Part shown: positions 17,122 through 26,126 of the stretch, in pieces
Position numbering within the stretch: the stretch's first letter is position 1
How the letters are laid out: every line of letters starts with the position of its first letter
Source of the DNA: Escherichia phage SD2
Strand: one strand, 5' to 3'
Length of the DNA: 64,000 nt
Sequence record: PQ821640
The notes under the pieces: generated by a model
What the model was told of the DNA's origin: nothing
Seen by the model: only the letters and a program-made list of their open reading frames with translations
Databases searched by the model: none
Translations under genes and position numbers: made by a program

Positions 17122-17259
17122 ATGAACGCATCACAGCAGATCGAAAAATTCAACCGCAGCAAGGCGCGTAAAAATTGGAACGAAGAGATCACCAAGAAAG
17201 GCGATAAGCGGAACAAAACAAAAAGAGATCGCAGCACAAAAAGACACTGGAACGAATAA
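17122..17259 (+). CDS. small basic protein (45 aa)
   Basis: MNASQQIEKFNRSKARKNWNEEITKKGDKRNKTKRDRSTKRHWNE; GAGAGGAAA SD; terminator immediately downstream. Confidence 0.5.
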   Translation: MNASQQIEKFNRSKARKNWNEEITKKGDKRNKTKRDRSTKRHWNE

Positions 17260-17262
17260 CAA

Positions 17263-17287
17263 AAAGGGCGCAATAAGCGCCCTTTTA
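17263..17287 (+). terminator. rho-independent terminator
   Basis: GGGCGC-AATAA-GCGCCC then TTTT. Confidence 0.75.
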
Positions 17288-17377
17288 GCTTATATAGAGG
17301 CTTGTTACCCATAGGCAATGGTAACGCCAGGGCAAGCCTATAAATCAACGTTAGACGGCTTTACAGGAGCTTTAAAA

Positions 17378-17560
17378 ATGAGATTAGAAGAAATAAGCAA
17401 GGCACTAGCCCAGGGGCAAAGGTTATGCGCCCGATATCGTGATCAATATGGCTTTATAACTAGCGGCGTGATCCTGGGGATTGAAGGCAATAAAATTTTT
17501 ATTGACACGTTGAAAAACGTTGTATATAGTGACAATATAATCTCAATAAAACATATATGA
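17378..17560 (+). CDS. hypothetical protein (60 aa)
   Basis: Start at ATG after CAGGAG SD; track ORF begins earlier at 17318. Confidence 0.5.
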   Translation: MRLEEISKALAQGQRLCARYRDQYGFITSGVILGIEGNKIFIDTLKNVVYSDNIISIKHI

Positions 17561-17568
17561 GGCAAGAA

Positions 17569-17970
17569 ATGAAAAAATTATTGATCGCTGGTTTAATCTC
17601 TTTTGGCATGGTTGGAACATCTAGCGCGGCGATATCCTCCACAGTAGCAGAATTAAGCGCCGTTGATGCAATGGAAAACGTCATGATCATTAATAACGCG
17701 ATCCCCGATGAAATCATGGAGGATTCACACATGATCGCTTATGGTGCTGTTACACAATTAACGGCAAAAATAGATAAATCTATTGTTAATGGCTTAAATG
17801 AAGATGTACCATGTGAAATTATTACCAGTGTGCTAACGACTCAAAATTTTACGCCGTGGCTAAAAAGTATTCAAAAGGTACACAGCACCGCCGCAGATCG
17901 TAGCAATGAAAAACTAGTGTCAGCACTTGCAACGTATACCCTAGCAAAATGTACCGAGATAAAAGGTTGA
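17569..17970 (+). CDS. hypothetical secreted/periplasmic protein
   Basis: MKKLLIAGLISFGMVGTSSAA signal-peptide-like N-terminus; GAGG SD. Confidence 0.65.
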   Translation: MKKLLIAGLISFGMVGTSSAAISSTVAELSAVDAMENVMIINNAIPDEIMEDSHMIAYGAVTQLTAKIDKSIVNGLNEDVPCEIITSVLTTQNFTPWLKSIQKVHSTAADRSNEKLVSALATYTLAKCTEIKG

Positions 17971-17993
17971 CAATATAGAAAGCACGTTATAAG
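17967..17993 (+). promoter_or_regulatory. sigma70-like promoter (TTGACA-15-TATAAG)
   Basis: Read directly. Confidence 0.45.
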
Positions 17994-18015
17994 ATACACA
18001 ACAAAGGAGAACCAC

Positions 18016-18318
18016 ATGAACGGCATAGCTAAAACGTTTTTTCTTTTTTCTGGTGTAAATGATCCATCAATAAAAGTCGATAGTGTAAAAGAAAACAATA
18101 CTATCACCGCTAAATTGTTTCAAGATGAAACAAATAACGTGCTAATCATTAATCTTAAAGAAATAACGAAAGGTTATTATACTATTGCTTACCATGCGAT
18201 CTATCATGCGGGTACTAGTGAGGAAGTGCAAACAAGCAACAACGAAAGCGCGGCGCTACCTGGTGATCTGGTGCTGGGCGTTATCAGTTTAATTGTCAAT
18301 GATTTTTTTAAGGAGTAA
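18016..18318 (+). CDS. hypothetical protein
   Basis: 100 aa; AAGGAG SD. Confidence 0.65.
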   Translation: MNGIAKTFFLFSGVNDPSIKVDSVKENNTITAKLFQDETNNVLIINLKEITKGYYTIAYHAIYHAGTSEEVQTSNNESAALPGDLVLGVISLIVNDFFKE

Positions 18319-18322
18319 AACC

Positions 18323-18418
18323 ATGCCCTATTTACATTTATTTTTCGGTATCTTATTGACAGGATCTTTTTTCTTCTGTATGCTTGTTTCTATTGTAAAC
18401 CACGTTTTAAGACATTAA
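18323..18418 (+). CDS. tiny hydrophobic peptide (31 aa)
   Basis: MPYLHLFFGILLTGSFFFCMLVSIVNHVLRH; AAGGAG SD. Confidence 0.3.
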   Translation: MPYLHLFFGILLTGSFFFCMLVSIVNHVLRH

Positions 18419-18427
18419 GGAAACAGC

Positions 18428-18547
18428 ATGAAAATTATTCCCGTACAGTATAGCGTAATAAATCCAGCATATGAGGAAGGAAGGAAAACAAGCATGGCTT
18501 TATGTTGTATTACTACTATAGCCATGTTATTATATATTGTGTTTTAA
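18428..18547 (+). CDS. tiny membrane peptide (39 aa)
   Basis: MKIIPVQYSVINPAYEEGRKTSMALCCITTIAMLLYIVF; AAGGAAA SD. Confidence 0.3.
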   Translation: MKIIPVQYSVINPAYEEGRKTSMALCCITTIAMLLYIVF

Positions 18548-18576
18548 TAGGTTTTATAGTTGTACGCTTTAAAGGC

Positions 18577-18604
18577 TTGACAATTTTTTGTTATGCTTTA
18601 AAAT
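18577..18604 (+). promoter_or_regulatory. sigma70-like promoter (TTGACA-16-TAAAAT)
   Basis: Read directly. Confidence 0.45.
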
Positions 18605-18647
18605 ATATCTTGAAAACGGCAAAGGCCGCAAACAAAAGGGTAAAATT

Positions 18648-18971
18648 ATGAAATCTGTGATCGGTGTTTATTTGGATAACTCTGATTTTTTCTATCATCG
18701 TGCGCGTTTCCTTGATGCGATTGAAATGATAGAATCAGGCTTTAAAGAGTATCGCCTTGCACATGATGACCTGGAAGCATTACAGGGCAATAGTGTTTTT
18801 ACATTGCAAGCTAAAGCACTATGTAAAAGCCGGATCGACATTGCGAGCAAAAAGATAGAACGCGGCATGTCCTGGTTACGCACCGCAGAAATTAACATGG
18901 GGCAATGGTACGGCGAAAACTTAGAAAATAAACTCACTTTTGTAAATGTAGAAAATCTTAAAGATTATTGA
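18648..18971 (+). CDS. hypothetical protein
   Basis: Start trimmed to ATG at 18648. Confidence 0.6.
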   Translation: MKSVIGVYLDNSDFFYHRARFLDAIEMIESGFKEYRLAHDDLEALQGNSVFTLQAKALCKSRIDIASKKIERGMSWLRTAEINMGQWYGENLENKLTFVNVENLKDY

Positions 18972-19033
18972 TTGACAGCACGCCTGATAAGGAGTATATT
19001 GTATCTCATAGAGCGGGGAAATGGTTTCCCCGC
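18972..19033 (+). promoter_or_regulatory. promoter (TTGACA-17-TATATT) plus hairpin GCGGGGAAA-TGG-TTTCCCCGC
   Basis: Read directly. Confidence 0.65.
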
Positions 19034-19053
19034 CTTAACAGAAGAGATAAGAT

Positions 19054-19338
19054 ATGAAAATCACAAAAGCACTTTTCAACTATGCAGCACGTCGCGGATT
19101 ATGCTTATCCGTTGAAAATTTAGGAAAAGAAGATTTTTTGTGCTTTTGGGAGCTTGAGAATGATAATGAGTGGATCTTCTCTTATTCTATCTGCAAAGAT
19201 CAAAATGGTTGCTTGTTAACCTGGCACGGTAATATCTATTTGCCGGAAGAAATAAAACAAGAATTACCAGGCACGATCATGACTGAGAAACAGCTTAAGG
19301 AAGTGATCAATTTTGTAAGGCAAAACATTAAAAAATAA
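19054..19338 (+). CDS. hypothetical early protein
   Basis: 94 aa. Confidence 0.7.
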   Translation: MKITKALFNYAARRGLCLSVENLGKEDFLCFWELENDNEWIFSYSICKDQNGCLLTWHGNIYLPEEIKQELPGTIMTEKQLKEVINFVRQNIKK

Positions 19339-19339
19339 T

Positions 19340-19400
19340 TTGACAGTAGGCAAACAACGTAGTAAAGTTTACCACATAGGGCGGGAAATGGTTTCCCGCC
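19340..19400 (+). promoter_or_regulatory. promoter (TTGACA-17-TAAAGT) plus hairpin GGCGGGAAA-TGG-TTTCCCGCC
   Basis: Read directly. Confidence 0.6.
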
Positions 19401-19418
19401 AGAATAGAGAGAACTAAA

Positions 19419-19523
19419 ATGATTATTCTTACCATGATGTGCGCGGCGGTTATTATTCCTTTGATAACGCTTATTGTTTCTGAGATCGATGATCTTCTCT
19501 TTGAAAGAAGTTTAAAAAAGTAA
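19419..19523 (+). CDS. tiny membrane peptide (34 aa)
   Basis: MIILTMMCAAVIIPLITLIVSEIDDLLFERSLKK. Confidence 0.4.
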   Translation: MIILTMMCAAVIIPLITLIVSEIDDLLFERSLKK

Positions 19524-19585
19524 TTGACAACGGCTAATAAGCTGATAATATGTATCACATAGGGCGGGGCAATAAGGCAACGCCC
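19524..19585 (+). promoter_or_regulatory. promoter (TTGACA-17-TAATAT) plus weaker hairpin GGGCG...CGCCC
   Basis: 5-bp stem with long loop. Confidence 0.5.
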
Positions 19586-19603
19586 ACTAATGAGGGTAGC
19601 ATC

Positions 19604-19708
19604 ATGTTAGAGAAAATTTTCACGGTTGTAATAGTGGGCCTGGCGTTATCGGTTGGAGTGATTGCAACTATGGCTAACATGATCCTATCTTCCCACGGTA
19701 TCGGCTAA
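19604..19708 (+). CDS. tiny membrane peptide (34 aa)
   Basis: MLEKIFTVVIVGLALSVGVIATMANMILSSHGIG. Confidence 0.4.
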   Translation: MLEKIFTVVIVGLALSVGVIATMANMILSSHGIG

Positions 19709-19722
19709 AAGAGAAACACAAC

Positions 19723-20109
19723 ATGAAAACAGAAATCATTATTGAAATCATCAACGGTTATAAAGAAGCCTTTATTTTTGCTGAATCAGCAAGGGATCAT
19801 GAAGGTAATTTTATTGATAACTTAGACGATTATGATTTTTCAGATCAAGCCCATCAACGGATCATTAATGACGTAGCGGCTTATTGTGATGCCAATGATG
19901 CTGCTATCTCTGAGGCAATGAGCGACGGCGCAACAGCAAACCAGATCGGGAATGATTTACATTTTACCCGTAACGGTCACGGCGTAGGTTTTTGGGATCG
20001 CCCTGAAATATACACTACTAACACCGCCAACCGCCTAACAAATGCAGCTAGATTAATGCCATCGGTGCATGCTTACATTGGTGAAGATAATTTGATTTAT
20101 ATTGAATAA
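19723..20109 (+). CDS. hypothetical protein
   Basis: 128 aa. Confidence 0.7.
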   Translation: MKTEIIIEIINGYKEAFIFAESARDHEGNFIDNLDDYDFSDQAHQRIINDVAAYCDANDAAISEAMSDGATANQIGNDLHFTRNGHGVGFWDRPEIYTTNTANRLTNAARLMPSVHAYIGEDNLIYIE

Positions 20110-20115
20110 AAAGTG

Positions 20116-20174
20116 TTGACACCGATCCCCAATATGGTATTATTTACCACGTAGGCGGGAAATGGTTTCCCGCC
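20116..20174 (+). promoter_or_regulatory. promoter (TTGACA-16-TATTAT) plus hairpin GGCGGGAAA-TGG-TTTCCCGCC
   Basis: Read directly. Confidence 0.65.
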
Positions 20175-20198
20175 AGGTAATCAAAAAAGGTAAACATT

Positions 20199-20588
20199 AT
20201 GCGCAACCTGATTTCTGTTTCTAACGTTGAAAAATTTCAATCCTTGCAGGGTATCATTAACAACGTAGCGCCTTTTTTAGTCAATGGCTTGATTGCAAAG
20301 ATGAAAAATAAACATCATGCGGCATGGTCTGCTTATTGCTTTGATAATGATGAAAAAGCGGCTGAAATGATGTTAAATATGCTTTTGGATAGTGTAGAAT
20401 CATCTTTACCGGAAAACATCGCAGAAGAGATCACCTATCGTTATAATATGGCGATCACTTACCAGGAGGTTGCGCAATTCAACATGATGGATGATGACGA
20501 ACAACAGGATCAAGAAATGTTCTGGGAGTATGCAGATCGTCAATCGGCTTTTGATGAAAAGTTAGCGATGTATTATAACGAATATTAA
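20199..20588 (+). CDS. hypothetical acidic protein
   Basis: 129 aa. Confidence 0.7.
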   Translation: MRNLISVSNVEKFQSLQGIINNVAPFLVNGLIAKMKNKHHAAWSAYCFDNDEKAAEMMLNMLLDSVESSLPENIAEEITYRYNMAITYQEVAQFNMMDDDEQQDQEMFWEYADRQSAFDEKLAMYYNEY

Positions 20589-20602
20589 TACACGGTAAAA
20601 GA

Positions 20603-20630
20603 AAGGGGCGCACTAAGCGCCCTTTTTTGT
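20603..20630 (+). terminator. rho-independent terminator
   Basis: GGGCGC-ACTAA-GCGCCC then TTTTTT. Confidence 0.75.
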
Positions 20631-20973
20631 ATTCTTTTTTCACGATGGAAACAACACGTAAAGAATAGGCGTAAAGGTGGCGTAAAACAGCCTAAAACCG
20701 ATTATAACCGCTTAAACAAGGTAGGGATGATTAATCACCTTACCAGGATGAAAAAGCCGTTATAAAGCTATCTAGAGCGTTTAAAGCACATAGGAAATAA
20801 TTTGCTTTTTATCTTGCCTTTTATTCTGCTTTTGATTATTATTATGGAACGGGCGGCACCTGGGAGCAGGGGAAGATAATCACCGGACGATCTTATTATA
20901 TATTGATAGCTTCCACCTATCAAACAACAAAACATTAAAGAAATAAACTATCAAATCTTTACAATCTCACCTA

Positions 20974-21033
20974 TTGACACCGGATCGCCCTTATACTAAG
21001 ATGTATCACGTAGGCGGGAAGTGGTTTCCCGCT
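20974..21033 (+). promoter_or_regulatory. promoter (TTGACA-17-TAAGAT) plus hairpin GCGGGAAG-TGG-TTTCCCGC
   Basis: Read directly. Confidence 0.55.
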
Positions 21034-21051
21034 CAATATAGGAATCATATC

Positions 21052-21282
21052 ATGATCGAACAAATTAAACGCGCTGAGGCTATTAACGGCAATGTGATCT
21101 ACTCTGTCAGCAATAACGAAAAAGGCGTACCTTATGCAGCGGTGATAGTACAGCCTGACGGTGATTATTGGTTTACTGTATACGGATCTTATTCTTTTGG
21201 GCGTCCAGTACATGATAAAATTTTGAAAGTAGCTAATCCCACTGGGAAGAATATCACAGTAGAAAAATTCTTTGAAAAATAA
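21052..21282 (+). CDS. hypothetical early protein
   Basis: Start trimmed to ATG at 21052. Confidence 0.65.
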   Translation: MIEQIKRAEAINGNVIYSVSNNEKGVPYAAVIVQPDGDYWFTVYGSYSFGRPVHDKILKVANPTGKNITVEKFFEK

Positions 21283-21357
21283 CTTGCTTTATAGCCTCTG
21301 TTAATTTATAGTTATCGTGTAGGGCAAGCAATTTTAAACGGTAAACGAGGAATCTCC

Positions 21358-21741
21358 ATGAGCAATATCATCAACCTGGCGGCTACTGTAAACGGTAAAG
21401 ATTTTAACGGCGCTGTAGATCGTGATCCTATGTGGTACTTGTCAGTATTTAAAGGCGATCTGGTTGAAGTTAGAACAACCGAAGGGTATAGCGATGATTA
21501 TAAATGCGAGATCCATTTACATAACTGGTACACGGGGAAAACTTATGCGCTAAACCATGCGTTTATCGGGAAAATTGAATATCGCGAGATGATCGACGAA
21601 GAAACGGGGCAAGATTTTAGCGATTATGTTTATATTCGTTCAGAAACATTAGCCGAACGTTTGATCGAGAAAATGAAAGCAAAAAATAAAATTAATTTAG
21701 CTCATTGGCTTGATATAACAAACGATCCGGCTTATAAGTAA
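21358..21741 (+). CDS. hypothetical protein
   Basis: 127 aa; GAGGAA SD. Confidence 0.7.
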   Translation: MSNIINLAATVNGKDFNGAVDRDPMWYLSVFKGDLVEVRTTEGYSDDYKCEIHLHNWYTGKTYALNHAFIGKIEYREMIDEETGQDFSDYVYIRSETLAERLIEKMKAKNKINLAHWLDITNDPAYK

Positions 21742-21751
21742 ATAACATTTC

Positions 21752-21785
21752 ACACCAGGGCGCACAAAGCGCCCTTTCTTTTTTA
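21752..21785 (+). terminator. rho-independent terminator
   Basis: AGGGCGC-ACAAA-GCGCCCT then TTCTTTTTT. Confidence 0.75.
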
Positions 21786-21988
21786 CCTAAATAAAGATGA
21801 TAGCTTTTACCTATCAAAAACGTTCACCGAAAAAAGTGAATAGATCGCGGTATCGAGCTAATCAAGGAGCAGATGAACAACCATACCATGAAGATCATAA
21901 GGCGCTTACAACGTGTTTTAGACCGCTTATTTTTAATTTCTTCATGTAACTATCTGGCAAAAACAGCCTTTTTCTTGTCTTTCCTCTT

Positions 21989-22065
21989 AAATGATAATCA
22001 TTCTTATTTATAGCTGATTATTTATGCAATAAACTGAATAATGTAATAATGATAATCATTCTTAA
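21989..22065. promoter_or_regulatory. two direct copies of AATGATAATCATTCTTA (Fur-box-like)
   Basis: At about 21989 and 22047 inside an AT-rich non-coding region. Confidence 0.45.
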
Positions 22066-22890
22066 CTTAAGACCATCTAACCTATAAAATAATAAGTTAT
22101 CTAACTAAATTAAAACTAATTATCTCACCTTTATTTATAACTTACTGTTACTATCTCATTGATAACCTTATATTAAACAACAATAACTAATATAAATTAT
22201 TACTAAGCTAAATATAATCTATCTAACCTTTAAAACTATAATTATAATCTATCGAATTGTTGCACAAAGTAACTATTAAATTGTTAGTAACATTACTAAA
22301 TAATTAATATCCTATCTATTTATGATCTAATCTTTACCTTCCTATTTATTACCTAAATAATCATTTCATACCGTAATCATTTCATACAATAATTATAACA
22401 AGAAATATAATTAACAAGCGTATCATTAGCAGCCTATGCCGGACACATAGGCGGCTAATAATAACGCAACTACACACCCCACATAATAACCATCACCGAT
22501 AGTTATTATTTGTGCTTATGTAGCTTGCAACAACTGCAAGCGCAACAATATACATGGTATATTGTATTCCCTTACATTGTTGCGGTGCGTTATTATTAGC
22601 TAATGTTTGGAACATTGGCTATAATATAAGCTATCCAATAATAAACATAGTGAATAATAACCCTGATGATCATAATGCGCCACCTTCCAGGGGGCGCTAT
22701 GTGAACACAAAGAAATCTTTCTTGTCAAGAAAAATATTACCATTATTGCGCAAAATTATTTACATCTGAATAGATGGTTTTTCATACTATTGCCCCATAT
22801 AGCCTATCATTTGTTGAGCCTACTTTCTTAAAAGCGCAATAAATTAGAATTATCTTGATTTTTAGGGCGTTTTATAGTATAGAAAATATG

Positions 22891-22915
22891 CAAATGATAA
22901 TCATTATCAGTTATC
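22891..22915. promoter_or_regulatory. Fur-box-like site AATGATAATCATTATC
   Basis: 16 consecutive matches to the E. coli Fur consensus as I recall it. Confidence 0.5.
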
Positions 22916-23070
22916 TTCCACGGGTGGCACTATTTCACGCAGGATCATTTCATTTGGCAAGGTGTATATAGATGTTTAGACTTGCCAAGCCATTGATTTG
23001 CTTAGAATTTATCTGTTTTGTTGTGAGTAATGCCTTTCTTGCTCAGAAAATAATCAAAAGTCTTATAAGT

Positions 23071-23114
23071 CATTGAATGATAATGCAAATGATAATAATT
23101 CTCATTGATATTTG
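23071..23114. promoter_or_regulatory. degenerate tandem Fur-box-like motifs
   Basis: GAATGATAATGCAAATGATAATAATTCTCATTGATA. Confidence 0.4.
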
Positions 23115-23512
23115 AGGGGGACGGTCAGCAGAAATCGGGGGGCGCTGAAAATCGCGTTAAGCACCTCTCGCAAGCGAGCAGTATTTTGCGGCAAGTTATT
23201 GATATTATTGACTTTACGCTTATGAAAAGGGGGTGTGTCGAAATAAATCGGGTATACCGGAAAATTTTTGTGGCATAGATATTTATTTGTCTATATTATG
23301 TACAAAGGGGTGTGTTAAAAATATTAGGTATATATAGAATAATTGATAGGGAAATCCTATACTAAATCCTTCATTATTGCAGCGGGTGAAAGACAGAATC
23401 GAAGATGCAAATAATGCTTGCATTGGATAGAAATGTCTGTATAGTGGTTTGCATACCGCGCACGACGCGTTTCCATTTTCAATAAAATGTTAGCATTATG
23501 GGGAGGTAGAAA

Positions 23513-23980
23513 ATGAGCGAAAAACCAGTGAGAGCTTCCACAATATTGGAAGCATACCTGCAATGCGTTGTAGATTACGTCAAGAGAAACTCCAGCCTAC
23601 TGGACGTCTACCGTGCAGATGATGGCGATGTTGGTATTGTCTATGTGAAACACACTTTATCCGCGCGTAATGAGGTTTTCCGTGCAAGTATGTTAGGGTG
23701 TGATCGTGTTCGTGTGAACTATTTAGACCCGAACTATCGCCATGCTCTTGAAGATATTGAAGATTATCTTCCTCGCTGCCCGACAGGTAATGCAAAAGTG
23801 GCAGAAGAAGCCCCACAAGGTGTTGATTATCGTGTAGCCTTGTGGAAAAAGGCACGTCAACTACAAGTGCTGAATGAAATGAAAGAAGAGATTGAAAAAG
23901 AACTGAAAGAAGATTTTGGTATGCTTCCAAAAGACGCTTTGAAATGGTATGATGAACTAGGAGGAGAAAGTTATGAATAA
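23513..23980 (+). CDS. hypothetical protein
   Basis: 155 aa; GGGGAGG SD. Confidence 0.7.
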   Translation: MSEKPVRASTILEAYLQCVVDYVKRNSSLLDVYRADDGDVGIVYVKHTLSARNEVFRASMLGCDRVRVNYLDPNYRHALEDIEDYLPRCPTGNAKVAEEAPQGVDYRVALWKKARQLQVLNEMKEEIEKELKEDFGMLPKDALKWYDELGGESYE

Positions 23981-24149
23981 AGGAACTACTGTATATTTAG
24001 TGACTAAGAACACCCCAGGTTGGAATCAGTGCACAACAACTCCGTATAAGATTTGTGCAACATTGGAACTAGCACGACGTGCAGAAGCAGAAGTTGATGC
24101 TATGCGATACAGCTATGGTGAAATCATTCCTTTTACTCTTCAACAATAA
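23973..24149 (+). CDS. small hypothetical protein (58 aa)
   Basis: MNKGTTVYLVTKNTPGWNQCTTTPYKICATLELARR...; GGAGGAG SD; overlaps upstream stop. Confidence 0.45.
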   Translation: MNKGTTVYLVTKNTPGWNQCTTTPYKICATLELARRAEAEVDAMRYSYGEIIPFTLQQ

Positions 24150-24160
24150 GGATTTGTGTA

Positions 24161-24613
24161 ATGTTTGAAATTGGTAAAGTGTATCGTTTTAAGAACGCAT
24201 CTTATATCCGTAAGTTTGCTAATATGTCTGAGTGCAATAGCAGGATTGCTTCTTTCTTAGGTGATTCCTATTTTCGTGTATTAGATGTGGATGACTGGTA
24301 TGGTGTCACTGCTTTGCAATCCTTAGCAGGAGAACAAGAAATTATCGCTCAAAATGAAGGAGACTTTCTTCAGTGTTACACGTTGCTTGCAAAAAGTGAG
24401 TTTGAATACTTTGTAGAAGTATTAGAAGAAGCACCAAAAAGTAAACACGAAGAGAAATACCTGCTTGTAGTGGATGGAGTTCCGATCATGGAAACCATCT
24501 CCCGTGAGGAAGTTGAAAAAGAGGCAAAACGTTACAAACTGGATCGTACACAGAGTGTAGTCGAAGTCTATTCTCTTGTTGGTGTTGCAGATATTAATGT
24601 GACCATTGTATAA
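24161..24613 (+). CDS. hypothetical protein
   Basis: 150 aa. Confidence 0.7.
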   Translation: MFEIGKVYRFKNASYIRKFANMSECNSRIASFLGDSYFRVLDVDDWYGVTALQSLAGEQEIIAQNEGDFLQCYTLLAKSEFEYFVEVLEEAPKSKHEEKYLLVVDGVPIMETISREEVEKEAKRYKLDRTQSVVEVYSLVGVADINVTIV

Positions 24614-24825
24614 TATATATGTAATGACAGATACATTCTTCGTGTATCTGATAAGTCTCCTATGTTTGACTGGCGGGGCTGGTGGCTACTGGCTCCGATG
24701 CAAGGTCTGACTGACGTGGAAAAGGAGGCTTATGTGTATACAAAAGAAGAGATAGAAGATAGCCTTTATTTGACAGATAATATTAAGAATGGTATCTTTG
24801 AGTGTAAATTGAAAGGAGAGGAAGA

Positions 24826-25125
24826 ATGACTGTTACAGAAAAACTGCGCTGTATTGCAAAGCAAAGTGGGGAAGGCTTATGGTTTCCTATTGATGAAGTT
24901 ATTCAAGACTGTTATGATCAGGCAAAAACTGGCAAATACTCCAAGGCATTTAAACCATCTGTTTTCGGTTTGGATGACTACCCGACAAATGAACAAGCAA
25001 AGAAACGTCAAGTTGATTTGATTGATCTTGCTATGGAAGCACTACGAGAGCGTGGACTTAGTAAGGTGTATGCTTTAAACACCAAAGAAGGTTTTGTAGA
25101 TTCAGTGATCGTAGACTGGCATTAA
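24826..25125 (+). CDS. hypothetical protein
   Basis: 99 aa; AAGGAGAGGAAG SD. Confidence 0.7.
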   Translation: MTVTEKLRCIAKQSGEGLWFPIDEVIQDCYDQAKTGKYSKAFKPSVFGLDDYPTNEQAKKRQVDLIDLAMEALRERGLSKVYALNTKEGFVDSVIVDWH

Positions 25126-25134
25126 GGAGAAGCC

Positions 25135-25503
25135 ATGCAAGAGAATAATAAAGTGTGTAACATGAAAAGCAGCCCCTATTTGCTACAATTTTATGAGTGG
25201 TGGTTGGAACAAGAAGATACAAACTTTAGCAAAAAGCATTATGGTCTTTGCACGTGTCTTGTAGACTTCTTATACAACATTGCTTGGATAAAAGATGTTG
25301 AGAATGTAGCAAACCTTCAAGCCTCTGTACGAGAGGAAATGAAGGAACAGTTTAAGAAAGCAGGTTTGAACCATTTACATCCATTTAATACAGATTTCTC
25401 ACATTACTTTACAGAAACAGAGTTAGGCATTGCACACCTTAACAAAGAACGTGTACAATGGGTGATTGATCGTATTCGTGATATGGAGAAATACAATGGT
25501 TAA
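25135..25503 (+). CDS. hypothetical protein, paralog of 26127..26711
   Basis: Shares LLQFY, LHPFN and HLNKxRxxWV motifs with the 26127 ORF. Confidence 0.7.
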   Translation: MQENNKVCNMKSSPYLLQFYEWWLEQEDTNFSKKHYGLCTCLVDFLYNIAWIKDVENVANLQASVREEMKEQFKKAGLNHLHPFNTDFSHYFTETELGIAHLNKERVQWVIDRIRDMEKYNG

Positions 25504-25714
25504 GTTTAAAACTTTCTGTGCAATCTCTGTTTGTCTTATTCTTGCATACGTGTTATTCTCTGGTATCATTCGTTTAGGTGATCATATGGCAAGAGAAGCT
25601 CGTGAAAGTGAAGCTAAAAAAGAACAGTGTATTGTGTTCAAGCATCAAAGAAATGCTGAAAAGTTTCTCGCACTTGATTGCAATCGTTATGTATCTTATC
25701 AAATGTATGAGTAA
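25496..25714 (+). CDS. membrane-anchored small protein, paralog of 30205..30429
   Basis: N-terminal TM helix then C-x3-KH-x3-AE-x-FL; start trimmed to ATG at 25496. Confidence 0.6.
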   Translation: MVKFKTFCAISVCLILAYVLFSGIIRLGDHMAREARESEAKKEQCIVFKHQRNAEKFLALDCNRYVSYQMYE

Positions 25715-25723
25715 GGAGGATTT

Positions 25724-25948
25724 ATGGTAAAACGTCTGGAATGGGATGCGTGTACTGCTCACGCTTGTCACTGCGATATTGTGGAAGATCCTAATGGAGA
25801 AATGGTGTATTATGAGAACTACGAAGCATTGCACAATGCTGTGATTGCTTTGCTGGATGATATTAGCTCACGCTACCCAGGACAACAATTCACGTGTCCA
25901 CATATTCAACTGTTAGCCAAACTTACGGAGTATCCAAGTGTTCCATAA
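25724..25948 (+). CDS. hypothetical protein, paralog of 31078..31341
   Basis: Shares CDIVxDPxGxxV motif. Confidence 0.65.
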   Translation: MVKRLEWDACTAHACHCDIVEDPNGEMVYYENYEALHNAVIALLDDISSRYPGQQFTCPHIQLLAKLTEYPSVP

Positions 25949-26126
25949 TATGGGTGTCCCTGAACAACTACTCTTTATTGTAGGACTAGTAGGCTTATTG
26001 GCGGCTGGAGCTAAAGCCGCTTCTCACACGCGTCACATAATGTTAAGATTTCTATTCCTGCTCCCTTCTATCCTCGTACTACTAGTCATACTGATCGATA
26101 ACATTTTTCACAATTAAGGAGAGGTC

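Noticed and set aside
13150-21033. Hairpins considered as rho-independent terminators or N4-type hairpin promoters
   Set aside because: They are not followed by T-runs, and they sit directly downstream of canonical -35/-10 hexamers and upstream of an RBS, so they lie in the 5' leader.
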